Origin: Candidatus Doudnabacteria bacterium | GTDB lineage: Bacteria; Patescibacteriota; Doudnabacteria; UBA920 | DNA: 64,000 nucleotides | Assembly (NCBI GenBank): GCA_031291995.1 | Contig: JARLHZ010000025.1 | Coordinates: 25,174 to 89,173 of the forward strand | Direction of reading: 5' to 3' | Part shown: piece after piece, positions 48,894 through 57,818 of the stretch | Numbering within the stretch: the stretch's first letter is position 1 | Layout: every line of letters begins with the position of its first letter | Made by a program: the position numbers and the translations under genes | The notes under the pieces: model-generated | What the model was told of the DNA's origin: nothing | The model's database searches: none | Seen by the model: the letters and a program-made list of their open reading frames with translations, nothing else

Positions 48894-49613
48894 ATGACGT
48901 TCATTTCCGTTTACAACGCAATAATCTATCACCCCCTTCTGAACCTGTTGGTGTTTTTTTACAATATCGTTCCAGGCCACGACATTGGCGTGGTTATTAT
49001 TTTAATTACCATTTTTATCCGGCTGTTATTGGCTCCGAGTTTTGGCAAATCCATCCGGAGCCAAAAAGCCATGAATGATTTACAGCCCAAATTGAATGCC
49101 GTGCGGGAAAAATATAAGGACGATAAAGAAGGCCAGGCCAAAGCCATGATGGAACTGTATAAAGAAAATAAAATAAACCCTTTTTCTTCCTGCTTGCCCC
49201 TGTTAATCCAGTTGCCGATTTTGATCGGCCTGTACCAGGCATTCCGCGTGGCGTTAAATCCCGCCATTGGCATGGCCGAGCGGTTGAGCGGGCTTTACCC
49301 GTTTGTCTATCGTCCTGAATCCATTAGTCCTTTTTTCTTTAAGGTTATCAATTTATCCCAACCGAGCGCGGTGTTGGCAATTATGGCCGGCTTGGCCCAG
49401 TTTTGGCAGTCTAAAATCATGATGCCCCAGGGACCGGGACAGGATACCACCATGAAAGCCATGAGCATGCAAACTACTTATGTATTGCCTGTAATCAGCA
49501 TGTTTATCGCCTGGCGTCTGCCTGCCGGATTGCCGCTTTATTGGGTGGTTACCACTTTATTCGCCGTGGGCCAACAGTATTATGTTATGAGAAAACCGAA
49601 AGTTAATCAATAA
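48894..49613 (+). CDS. yidC: YidC/Oxa1-family membrane protein insertase (short form)
   Basis: 239 aa with five TM helices. The PLLIQLPILIGLYQA and GLPLYWVV motifs are typical of the YidC core. Confidence 0.85.
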   Translation: MTFISVYNAIIYHPLLNLLVFFYNIVPGHDIGVVIILITIFIRLLLAPSFGKSIRSQKAMNDLQPKLNAVREKYKDDKEGQAKAMMELYKENKINPFSSCLPLLIQLPILIGLYQAFRVALNPAIGMAERLSGLYPFVYRPESISPFFFKVINLSQPSAVLAIMAGLAQFWQSKIMMPQGPGQDTTMKAMSMQTTYVLPVISMFIAWRLPAGLPLYWVVTTLFAVGQQYYVMRKPKVNQ

Positions 49614-49666
49614 TTTATAATTGATAACTTATAACACCGCTAGGTTACTTGTTATCAATTATAAAG
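49613..49666. repeat. Family-B palindromic element, empty hairpin (arms AATTTATAATTGATAAC / GTTATCAATTATAAAG, 21-nt loop containing GCTAGG), immediately after the yidC stop
   Basis: Read directly. The arm is identical to the one at 38690-38706. Confidence 0.75.
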
Positions 49667-49682
49667 TATAAATTCCAAATCC

Positions 49683-50153
49683 ATGACCGACTACAACAAG
49701 ATTGAAATTGCCAAAAACGTTATTGCCGAACTGCTGGAAAAATGCGGCGTGCCGGCCTCCGTGGAATTTGAAGAAAGCATCACAAAAGGGTTGGTGTTTA
49801 ACATTGCAACCACGGAATCGTATTTGCTGATTGGCCGCCAGGGCATCACTTTGCATTCCCTTCAAATTTTGTCCCAGGCGCTGGTCGCGAAAAAACTGAA
49901 TTCGCAGGAGCCGTTTTGGTTTACTTTGGATGTTGATGATTATAAAAGAAAACGCGAATGGCTGCTTAAGGAAACGGCCAAAGCCGCGGCAGACAAAGCC
50001 AAACTTACCGGCCGCGCCCAAGCCTTAGAGCCCATGCCCAACTACGAACGCCGCCTCATTCACGCCTACCTCCAGGAACACTGCCCCGAAGTTTACAGCG
50101 ACAGCATAGGCAATGAGCCTTACCGGAAAGTGGTTATAAGATTGAAGAGATAA
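49683..50153 (+). CDS. jag: Jag/KhpB-type RNA-binding protein (KH plus R3H domains)
   Basis: The C-terminal R3H motif LEPMPNYERRLIHAYLQEH. Position after yidC. Confidence 0.8.
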   Translation: MTDYNKIEIAKNVIAELLEKCGVPASVEFEESITKGLVFNIATTESYLLIGRQGITLHSLQILSQALVAKKLNSQEPFWFTLDVDDYKRKREWLLKETAKAAADKAKLTGRAQALEPMPNYERRLIHAYLQEHCPEVYSDSIGNEPYRKVVIRLKR

Positions 50154-50156
50154 ATA

Positions 50157-50190
50157 AATCCTCAGATCATTACGATCTGAGGATTTTAAA
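50157..50190. terminator. Bidirectional hairpin terminator (aatcctcagatc-attac-gatctgaggatt + T)
   Basis: Read directly. Lies between the convergent jag and O-antigen-ligase-like genes. Confidence 0.7.
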
Positions 50191-50213
50191 TTCAACGGAA
50201 GTGATCTGTATAT

Positions 50214-51401
50214 TTAGAACATGGCCAGAATTGTCCAAAAGACCAGTGCCAAATCATTTTTGAAATAAGGGTTGTCGACCAAGCCTTGGAAGACCATGGC
50301 GATTAAGAACAGGCTGACACCGAGAGCAAATAGGTTGCCGCGATTTTTGAGGCCTCGGTAAATATAGAGCCAGGTTAAGTAAATAAAACTGATTAATCCT
50401 AAAAGTCCGGTTTCTACCCAGAAGTTTAAAAAGATGTTGTGGGGGAAGTTGTGTGTGTCCAGGGTCGGGTCGGAATTTAATGCCTCATATTTATAGGCAA
50501 ATCCGTTTAATCCCAGGCCGAATATTGGCGATTCTTTTATGGCTGTAAAACCGTCACCCCAAAGTTCGACGCGTGAGGTTGCGGACTTTTCCCCGTAAAA
50601 AGGAAGAATAAAGCGCCAGCGGAGATTGGGAACGGCTATGATGACAATAGCGATAACAATAATCCCGCCTAAAATCATACGGCGGATTTTTTTATCGGCA
50701 ACCACCAGGGTATAAATTCCGATTGCCGCGGCCAGCCCGAGCCATCCGGCGCGGGACAGCGAAAATAACAGCCCGGCCGCGCCCAGCAGCCAGGCAACCG
50801 GATAAATACGGTCTCTGATTTTTGAGTCCTCATTTTTAATTTTCGGAAAAATATCCGGTATTAAGAATGCCAGAAGCGGGGCGCACCACAGGGCGTAAAA
50901 ATTTGGGTGGGCAAAAAAACTTAAGGCGCGTTTGGGTTCTATGGAATTTCCCCACCAGGCGGCAGGCAGGCCCCAGAGAGTGAAGTACTGGATAAGCGCG
51001 TAGATTCCGGCCAAAGCGAGCAGGAAGTATATCGTATTTATTATATAGTATTTAGTATTTTGGTTTTGCTTGATTATAAAACCGGCTATAAAAAAAGTCA
51101 GAATCGGTTGCAGGAAAATGACGATGAATTGTCCAAGTTTGGCCCGGTCTATGCCCCCAGTAAAGAGACTAATTACGCCGGAAAGAAAAAATAGCCCAGT
51201 CAGCCGCAAAATTTTTCTATCCGCATTTTTAACGGCAGTTAAAAATGTGGATAATTTCTTTTTGGCCAACAGCCAAACCGCAAAACTCAGCCAAAACAAA
51301 AATACCCAAATCATCAATAAATTGGCGGGAAAACTTAAAAATTTAAACCTAATCGCATAGGTCGGCGCCAGAATTAAAGTCAGGATCAAAAAGTATTGCA
51401 T
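50214..51401 (-). CDS. O-antigen ligase / Wzy_C-family polysaccharide polymerase-like membrane protein
   Basis: 395 aa with at least 10 TM helices. Has the Wzy_C-like loop RAGWLGLAAAIGIY preceded by SLSRAG. Confidence 0.55.
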   Translation of the reverse strand: MQYFLILTLILAPTYAIRFKFLSFPANLLMIWVFLFWLSFAVWLLAKKKLSTFLTAVKNADRKILRLTGLFFLSGVISLFTGGIDRAKLGQFIVIFLQPILTFFIAGFIIKQNQNTKYYIINTIYFLLALAGIYALIQYFTLWGLPAAWWGNSIEPKRALSFFAHPNFYALWCAPLLAFLIPDIFPKIKNEDSKIRDRIYPVAWLLGAAGLLFSLSRAGWLGLAAAIGIYTLVVADKKIRRMILGGIIVIAIVIIAVPNLRWRFILPFYGEKSATSRVELWGDGFTAIKESPIFGLGLNGFAYKYEALNSDPTLDTHNFPHNIFLNFWVETGLLGLISFIYLTWLYIYRGLKNRGNLFALGVSLFLIAMVFQGLVDNPYFKNDLALVFWTILAMF

Positions 51402-51404
51402 AAA

Positions 51405-51500
51405 AGATATTAATAGATATTGGTTGATATTAATAGATATTGGTTGATATTAGGCATTACAAATAATATCCTAATATCCCAACATCAACTAATATCCATA
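51405..51500. repeat. Family-C intergenic repeat with an internal 20-bp tandem duplication (ATATTAATAGATATTGGTTG x2)
   Basis: Its reverse complement aligns with 36560-36646 (tatggatattagttgatgttgggatatt... / cctaatatcaaccaatatctattaatatcaacc). Confidence 0.7.
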
Positions 51501-51504
51501 TTAA

Positions 51505-54363
51505 CTAAGGAACCGTGACGCTGATTTTTTTGCTGGTTACCCCGGAGTCGGTTTTGGCGTAAATTAAATAAGATCCGCTGTCGGGAGGCGTCTGCCAAGA
51601 AAAACTGTAGTCGTAAGCGCTGCCGGTATGGCTGACATTGCCGGCAGGTCCGATGAGCGTGCTTTGGCCGGAAGAGGTCTGGTAATAAAAATTTACCGTG
51701 TTATAGAGTTTGTTGGTCTCGGCATTTACGGTCGCGGGAAACTGCAACAAGCTTTGATTGGGGGGCTGGGTTACGGTTAAAGGAGATGAAATATCCAAAA
51801 TAATATTTACACTGGTATCCGCGGTTAGTCCCTGGGTATCGACGGCGTGCGCGGCAAGCACATGGGGTCCGTCCGTCAGGTTTTTATTGACGGTAAAAAT
51901 AAACGGCTGGCTGGTCAGGCTTTGGAAATATTGTCCGTCAATGGACAGGTCGATGCGGGCGATGGGGCTACTGGATACGGCATTGACGGAAACGGTAAAT
52001 GGCAGTTGGTTGATGGTTTGGCTGTCCTGCGGATCTAAAATATTTACGGTCGGCCCCTGGCCGCTGGCGGTGAGCGGGGTAATTGTGGCGTTGGACCCCG
52101 GCGGATAGACATAGCCGTTTTGCAGCGCCCAGGCCACAACCGGATTTTCCCAGTTGGGGTTGCTCGGCATTTCGCTATGAAAGACCGTGTAGGTTTTATA
52201 TATAATATTGCCGGGAGGGGTCAGGCTGGTTGCCGGTTGTCCGGTGGTGGAATCAAAGGCCACTTTTTGGTGGACGTTGTCGTAGGCCGTAGGTACGCTG
52301 TAGCTGGCAAAAGTTTCGGTTTTGGTTTGCGGCGTGGCGTCGGTGGGTAAAAGTCCGGATACGGAATCCACCGTAACCTGGGTAATTCCCGGAGGCACGG
52401 TAAAAGTTTCCGGTGTCGATGTGGCCAGCGCCTGAACCATAAAATCATGCCAAATTGGCGCGGCAACTACCACTCCGTCCGAGCCTTTTTTTAACAGCGT
52501 GCCGTCGTTATTTCCCGCCCATACTCCCGCCGCCAACGACGGCGTAAAGCCCAAGGTCCAGCCGTCGCGGAAGTTTTGGGTTGTACCTGTTTTGGCCGCC
52601 ACGGTGCGGCCAGGGAGGGTTAACGGCGAATTTGCTCCGAAAACAAAAGCCCGGGCGTTATTATCGGTCATTATGCTGATTAATTCATAGGCGGCCTGCG
52701 GATCTAAAACTGTTTGCGGGTTTGGCTTGTATTGTTCCAGGACATTGCCGTTTTTGTCCAAAATTTTTAATATCGGGGTCTCGGGATTTTTTACGCCTTC
52801 GTTGGCAATGACCGAATAGGCCGCCACGTGGTCGAGCAGTCTGACCTCGCAGCCTCCCAAAACCAAAGACAAACCGCAGTCGGCCAGTGGACTGGTAATA
52901 CCCAGGTCATGCGCCGTTTGGACGGCATTGTTTACCCCCACTAAAGCCAGGGTTTTTACCGCCGGAACATTTAAGCTTCCGGCCATAGCCTGGCGCATCG
53001 ATACCGGTCCGTAGCTCTGGTCGTTGTAATTATGGGGAATATAATCTTTGCCGTTATAGGAACCGAAATCGGTGACAACATCCATCAGCATGGAGGCCGG
53101 CGCGTAATTATTGCCTTTTTTAAAGGCCGTACCGTAAACATATGGCTTAAACGAAGATCCCGGCTGGCGCTGGGACAGGGAGACGTTTACATTTGGTTCA
53201 AATGTGCAATTTTTGCCCGGCGTGCAGCCCGCGGGGGTGGAGGTGCCAAAATAGTCTTTGCTTCCGACCATGGCGAGGACTTGGCCCGTTTTTGGGTCGA
53301 TGGCCACTAAGGCCGCGTTGTTGGCGTTATATTTTACGCTTTCTTTGGCAACATCATTTTTTACCACCGTTTCGGCGATTTGCTGCATTCTTGGGTCAAG
53401 CGTGGTATAGACTTGAAGCCCTCCCTCTTCCAGGGTGACCTCGCCGTACTTATTAGCCAGATAATCCTCAACCCACAAAACAAAATGAGGTGCTTTGATG
53501 CCGTTGGTTATTGGAGAAAAATTTACGGGTTCGGTTTTGGCTTGCTGTTCCTGGTCGCTCGTAATATATCCTTGTTGCCGCATAAGTGTCAGGACGGTAT
53601 TTTTGCGGGCGTCCAGATCTGCCCGATGCGCTCCCATTGGATTGTAATAAGTCGGAGCCTGGACCATGGCGGCCAAATAGGCGCTTTGCGCCAGATCCAG
53701 ATTTTTTGCCGAAACGTTAAAGTAAGCTTCGGCGGCGGCTTCTATGCCGTAGGCATTGCGCCCATACGGAATTTCGTTAAGGTAAAGCTGCAAAATTTGG
53801 TCTTTGGAAAATTTCGCGTCTATGGTAACGGCCAAAATTGCCTCACGGATTTTTCTGTCCCAGGATTTGTTGTCGGTTAGAATGGCATTTTTTACGAATT
53901 GCTGGGTAATGGTGCTGGCGCCCTGGCTTTTGCGCAGGCTTAAAATATCGGCCAAGCCGGCGCGGGCGATTCCGGTTAGGGAAATCCCCCCCTCGTTATA
54001 AAAATTTTTGTCTTCAATGGCAATAGTCGCGTCCTTGGCGCTTGCGGGGACTTGGTCAAGCGTGACCAGAGTGCGCTTGTACTCGCCGTGAATTTCATAG
54101 AGCAGACTGCCGTCTCGGGCGTAAATTTTTGTCGATTCCGGAACGTCGCGGCTGAGCAATTGGTTGGGATTGGGCAGGTTGCGCGTGTAGTATAAAAATA
54201 AAATTGCCACAAACAACACGCCCAAAGCGCAAAGCCTGAACATCCACGTAAAAAACTTTTTCCAGTTGAATTTTCTACTCCTTCTTGGCTTTTTCGCCGG
54301 TTTTACCGCGACGGGTTTGCCGTTGGAGCTGATTTGGGGGGTTTTATAGCTATAAACTCGCAT
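51505..54363 (-). CDS. Class A penicillin-binding protein (PBP1A-type), transglycosylase and transpeptidase with a C-terminal Ig-like/Big extension
   Basis: EDKNFYNEGGIS and GASTITQQFVKN (GT51); SSFKPYVY, SLN and KTGTTQNF (transpeptidase). About 300 aa of beta-rich C-terminal repeats. Confidence 0.85.
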   Translation of the reverse strand: MRVYSYKTPQISSNGKPVAVKPAKKPRRSRKFNWKKFFTWMFRLCALGVLFVAILFLYYTRNLPNPNQLLSRDVPESTKIYARDGSLLYEIHGEYKRTLVTLDQVPASAKDATIAIEDKNFYNEGGISLTGIARAGLADILSLRKSQGASTITQQFVKNAILTDNKSWDRKIREAILAVTIDAKFSKDQILQLYLNEIPYGRNAYGIEAAAEAYFNVSAKNLDLAQSAYLAAMVQAPTYYNPMGAHRADLDARKNTVLTLMRQQGYITSDQEQQAKTEPVNFSPITNGIKAPHFVLWVEDYLANKYGEVTLEEGGLQVYTTLDPRMQQIAETVVKNDVAKESVKYNANNAALVAIDPKTGQVLAMVGSKDYFGTSTPAGCTPGKNCTFEPNVNVSLSQRQPGSSFKPYVYGTAFKKGNNYAPASMLMDVVTDFGSYNGKDYIPHNYNDQSYGPVSMRQAMAGSLNVPAVKTLALVGVNNAVQTAHDLGITSPLADCGLSLVLGGCEVRLLDHVAAYSVIANEGVKNPETPILKILDKNGNVLEQYKPNPQTVLDPQAAYELISIMTDNNARAFVFGANSPLTLPGRTVAAKTGTTQNFRDGWTLGFTPSLAAGVWAGNNDGTLLKKGSDGVVVAAPIWHDFMVQALATSTPETFTVPPGITQVTVDSVSGLLPTDATPQTKTETFASYSVPTAYDNVHQKVAFDSTTGQPATSLTPPGNIIYKTYTVFHSEMPSNPNWENPVVAWALQNGYVYPPGSNATITPLTASGQGPTVNILDPQDSQTINQLPFTVSVNAVSSSPIARIDLSIDGQYFQSLTSQPFIFTVNKNLTDGPHVLAAHAVDTQGLTADTSVNIILDISSPLTVTQPPNQSLLQFPATVNAETNKLYNTVNFYYQTSSGQSTLIGPAGNVSHTGSAYDYSFSWQTPPDSGSYLIYAKTDSGVTSKKISVTVP

Positions 54364-54509
54364 AATTCGCTTAAGTAAAAAGTTTTTGGGTGTGGAAACC
54401 GGAACGGTTTTTAGTTATAAGGGTAAGGGTATTTGCCTTATATTGTTAGACTTAAAACCATACTGGTATCTATACCTAATAACACATAACTAATAAATTA
54501 TAGCTGTTT

Positions 54510-55760
54510 TTGGCTTTTAAGAAAAATGCTATAATAACATATGAAATTAAGCGTATATACATGAAAATCATAACGGACAAGAAAAGAATTGATGAAATCC
54601 TTAACCGGGGGGTAGTGGTGGATGTTTTACCGTCGAAAGATGAGTTTGTAAAAAAACTGCTATCAGGGGAGCGCCTGAAAATTTACTTTGGGGCGGATGC
54701 CACTTCCGATTCTTTGCATCTTAGCCATGCTAAAAATTATATGTTGCTGGAAGATCTGCGGCAATTGGGGCACGAGATTACGATTTTATTTGGCGACTTT
54801 ACCGCGCAAATTGGGGACCCGACGGGAAAAAATACGGCGCGGCCGATGTTATCCGAAGCGCAAATAAAAAACAACGTTAAAAGCTGGTTGTCGCAAATCC
54901 GTCCGATAATGGATTTTAAGGCTAACGTTAATCCGCCGAAAATCGCGTACAATGGCAAATGGCTGTCCAAGTTGTCTTTAAAAGATGTTATCAGGCTCGC
55001 ATCTAATTTTACAGTCCAACAAATGATTGAGCGTGATATGTTTGAAAAGCGCTGGAACAGTAATGTGCCGATTTATCTGCACGAATTTTTATACCCGCTC
55101 ATGCAGGGCTACGACAGCGTGGCTTTGGATACCGATGTGGAAATGTGCGGCACGGACCAAACGTTTAACGCGCTGGCTGGCCGGACGTTGCTCAAAAGGA
55201 TAAAAGATAAAGAAAAATTTATACTGATTGTCAATTTAATGGCCAACCCCAAAACGGGCGCGCTAATGTCCAAAAGCCAGGGTACCGGAGTATTTTTATC
55301 ATCCCCGCCAAATGAAATGTATGGCGCGGTTATGGCCCAGCCGGACGAGATGATAGAAATTTTATTTATTAACTGTACAAGAATTCCCCTTTCGGAAAAA
55401 GACGAGTTGATGGCTAAGGGTCCCCGGGAGGCCAAAGGTAAAATTGCTTTTGAAATTGTCAGAAAGTTTTATGGCGAAAAAAAAGCCGCGGAAGCCGAAG
55501 CCGCGTTTGTATCCCAGTTCAGCAAAGGTGAGTTGCCGGGCGATATTCCGAGCAAAAAAATCGCGGCTGGATCATATGATATTGTGGATCTGATGTTGGA
55601 AGCGGCTCTGGTGTCGAGCAAGTCGGAAGCCAGGCGGATGATAGAACAAAATGGCGTGAAAGTAGATCAACAATTGTTTAAAGAAAAAAATTTGGAAAAA
55701 ATTGCTGGACAAGAAATTATTCTCCAAGTTGGGAAAAGAAAGTTTGTTAAATTAGTATAA
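54510..55760 (+). CDS. tyrS: Tyrosyl-tRNA synthetase
   Basis: Class I HIGH-type motif HLSH, GDPTGK, KMSKS-type LMSKS and a C-terminal S4-like domain (SYDIVDLMLEAALVSSKSEARRMIEQNGVKVD). The true start may be Met 18 (54561). Confidence 0.75.
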   Translation: MAFKKNAIITYEIKRIYMKIITDKKRIDEILNRGVVVDVLPSKDEFVKKLLSGERLKIYFGADATSDSLHLSHAKNYMLLEDLRQLGHEITILFGDFTAQIGDPTGKNTARPMLSEAQIKNNVKSWLSQIRPIMDFKANVNPPKIAYNGKWLSKLSLKDVIRLASNFTVQQMIERDMFEKRWNSNVPIYLHEFLYPLMQGYDSVALDTDVEMCGTDQTFNALAGRTLLKRIKDKEKFILIVNLMANPKTGALMSKSQGTGVFLSSPPNEMYGAVMAQPDEMIEILFINCTRIPLSEKDELMAKGPREAKGKIAFEIVRKFYGEKKAAEAEAAFVSQFSKGELPGDIPSKKIAAGSYDIVDLMLEAALVSSKSEARRMIEQNGVKVDQQLFKEKNLEKIAGQEIILQVGKRKFVKLV

Positions 55761-55828
55761 ATTGAAAATTTAAGGGATTCCTCGGCTCGGTGGCACTCGC
55801 TCGGGATGACAACTAGATAAACTTAAAA

Positions 55829-55850
55829 CCCCTCCTCGCGGAGGGGCTTT
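55829..55850 (+). terminator. Rho-independent terminator after tyrS
   Basis: cccctcctcgcggagggg-ctttat. Confidence 0.7.
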
Positions 55851-55897
55851 ATATTCAGCGTGAAATCCGCGTAGCTATCCGCGTTTAAATCCGCGGT

Positions 55898-55993
55898 TTA
55901 GACCTTGCCTTCATCGTCATCATCTTCGTCTTCTTCCGTGCTTTCCGGCACACCGCCGTCCGGCATTGTTGTGTCGTCATCGTCTGGTAGCAT
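55898..55993 (-). CDS. Candidate small acidic protein (31 aa: MLPDDDDTTMPDGGVPESTEEDEDDDDEGKV)
   Basis: GGAG lies 7 nt upstream of the ATG. Not in the ORF track because it is short. Compositionally extreme and could be spurious. Confidence 0.2.
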   Translation of the reverse strand: MLPDDDDTTMPDGGVPESTEEDEDDDDEGKV

Positions 55994-56093
55994 TGTAATC
56001 TCCTTTTGGTCTTAATTTTTAACCCTGTTTGCAGGGTATGCAAATTATATCAGGGCTTTTTTGGGGAGTCCAGAAAACATATCCACCGCCCAC

Positions 56094-56615
56094 TTATGCC
56101 TTTAACCGGAGGTCTTTTTGATATTTATGGCCGGCGCACATTGCAATGGCTACCGCGTCCGCCGCGTCGTCCGGCTTGGGTGGGTTTTTGAGTTTAAAAG
56201 TTTTTTGAACAATGTACTGAACCTGTTTTTTTTCCGCTTTGCCGTAACCGCAAATAAAGCTCTTGACCTGAAGCGGGGTAAATTCCAGAATCGGAACTTT
56301 ATGCTGTTGGCAAACCAGCAGGACGGCTCCCCTGGCCTGGGAAACGGTCATAACCGTTTTTTGGTTGGTGGTAAAAAACAATTTTTCAATCCCCACGGCA
56401 TCCGGCCTGAATTTTTTTAGGAGTTGGATTATGTCATCGGCCAAAATGTTTAAGCGTTCCGCGTCTGTCAGATTTTTGTCCGTCGTAATTACGCCAAAAT
56501 CCACCAGCTCGGGCTGGTTTTTTCCGCCGGAGGCGGACCCGCCTCCGGCGGGAGTCATTTCTATTACTCCGAATCCGGTAGTTGCCGTACCCGGGTCGAT
56601 GCCTAGTATAATCAT
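56094..56615 (-). CDS. ruvC: Crossover junction endodeoxyribonuclease RuvC
   Basis: MIILGIDPGTATTGFGVIE plus the RNase H-like catalytic residues (DPG..., ...E..., ...HAD-type motif AADAVAIAMC). Confidence 0.9.
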   Translation of the reverse strand: MIILGIDPGTATTGFGVIEMTPAGGGSASGGKNQPELVDFGVITTDKNLTDAERLNILADDIIQLLKKFRPDAVGIEKLFFTTNQKTVMTVSQARGAVLLVCQQHKVPILEFTPLQVKSFICGYGKAEKKQVQYIVQKTFKLKNPPKPDDAADAVAIAMCAGHKYQKDLRLKA

Positions 56616-56634
56616 AAGTTAACAATAACTATTA

Positions 56635-57052
56635 CTATAACGATAACTGCTAGGATTCGGGGTGTTCAATAGCATTCTTGAGATGGTTTTCTAAACCCCG
56701 GAGTTGCTTAGCTAAATTTTCGATTTGGTTGTAGAAGTATTTATATTTATCTTCATCAATATAAACATCATCAAGCGCGCAGTCAAAGCAGGCCATAACT
56801 TCATCGAGCGAGGTTAGGGCCCGATTTATAAAAACAATCTTGTTATTTTCTGTCCTGCGGTTAGAACCTTCGGCAATCGCTAACACAACTGAGAGAGCCG
56901 CCCTATCGGTTTGACTTATAAGAATATATTTTTCGTCCGATGGCCAGGTTTTGGTTGTTTGTTTAACCTCTTTTCTAAAAGTTCTCGCGTCTTTATAAAC
57001 CTGCCAACCATGGAATTTAAAAGACATAGGGAAGTTATGGTTATCGTTATAG
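56635..57052. repeat. Perfect 13-bp inverted repeats (CTATAACGATAAC / GTTATCGTTATAG) bracketing the four-helix-bundle gene, an IVS-like cassette
   Basis: Arms at 56635-56647 and 57040-57052, each 2-12 nt from the ORF ends. Confidence 0.75.
56650..57027 (-). CDS. Four-helix-bundle protein (23S rRNA intervening-sequence protein family)
   Basis: 125 aa (MSFKFHGWQVYKDARTFRKEV...LAIAEGSNRRTENNKIVFINRALTSLDEVMACFDCALDDVYIDEDKY...). Paralogue of 38724-39087. Confidence 0.7.
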   Translation of the reverse strand: MSFKFHGWQVYKDARTFRKEVKQTTKTWPSDEKYILISQTDRAALSVVLAIAEGSNRRTENNKIVFINRALTSLDEVMACFDCALDDVYIDEDKYKYFYNQIENLAKQLRGLENHLKNAIEHPES

Positions 57053-57056
57053 TCAG

Positions 57057-57773
57057 CTAAAGGTTTGCAGAAGTGTGTACCGCTATAACGTCCTCGTCAT
57101 TTTCCAGGGCCGCGAATAGAGTGTCAACTTTAGGCTTCTGGTCTTCGGTTAAGTCCGTTCCCTGCGACGATTCCTTAATAATTTCCGCCTGGGCGATTTT
57201 GGCTCCGGCTTTTTCCAGAGCAGTTTTAATTTTGTGCAAATCCTGGGGCAGTGTGTAAACCTCCAAACCTTCTTCGGACTCCCGGACATCGTCCGCTCCG
57301 GCGTCTATGGCGGCCATTTCGATATCCGAAATATTTTTATCGCGCTCGACTAAAATTTGTCCCTTGGTGCTAAATTGCCACGCTACGCTCCCCTGGGCTC
57401 CTATACTGCCGCCGTGTTCGGAAAAAATTTTGCGGACGTTGTTAAAAGTGCGGTTGCTGTTGTCCGTGGCCGCTTCCACCAAAAATGCCGTGCCGAACGG
57501 CCCGTAGCCTTCGTAGGCGACTTCTTTGACCGCGGCCGCCCCCGCTCCCAGCGCGTTTTTTATGGCCCGTTCCACGTTTTCGTTGGGCATGCCCTGGGCT
57601 TTGGCGCTGTCGATTATCGTTTTTAATTTAAAATTGGCCGACGGGTCGCCGCTGCTTCCTTCTTTTACGGCTATGGAGATTTTTTTGGAGTACTTGGAAA
57701 ACAGCAGTCCCTTTTTTTGGTCAAGGACGCCTTTGGTTCGTTTAATTTGCGACCACTTGGAATGTCCGGACAT
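57057..57773 (-). CDS. yebC: YebC/PmpR-family transcriptional regulator
   Basis: MSGHSKWSQIKRTKG... is the near-universal YebC N-terminus. Confidence 0.9.
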   Translation of the reverse strand: MSGHSKWSQIKRTKGVLDQKKGLLFSKYSKKISIAVKEGSSGDPSANFKLKTIIDSAKAQGMPNENVERAIKNALGAGAAAVKEVAYEGYGPFGTAFLVEAATDNSNRTFNNVRKIFSEHGGSIGAQGSVAWQFSTKGQILVERDKNISDIEMAAIDAGADDVRESEEGLEVYTLPQDLHKIKTALEKAGAKIAQAEIIKESSQGTDLTEDQKPKVDTLFAALENDEDVIAVHTSANL

Positions 57774-57818
57774 AGGTTCATTGACAAAATTAAATAAAAT
57801 TGACCAGAATTGACATAA

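Noticed and set aside
51409-51448. Possible CRISPR-like array (tandem 20-bp repeat ATATTAATAGATATTGGTTG x2)
   Set aside because: Only two adjacent copies with no spacers, no cas genes, and it is part of the family-C intergenic repeat. Not a CRISPR array.
55994-56093. Possible + strand terminator accctg-tttg-cagggt...cagggctttttt downstream of nothing
   Set aside because: No + strand gene ends here. On the minus strand it lies between ruvC and the micro-ORF and is better read as a weak attenuator or RBS-context hairpin. It is not reported as a feature.
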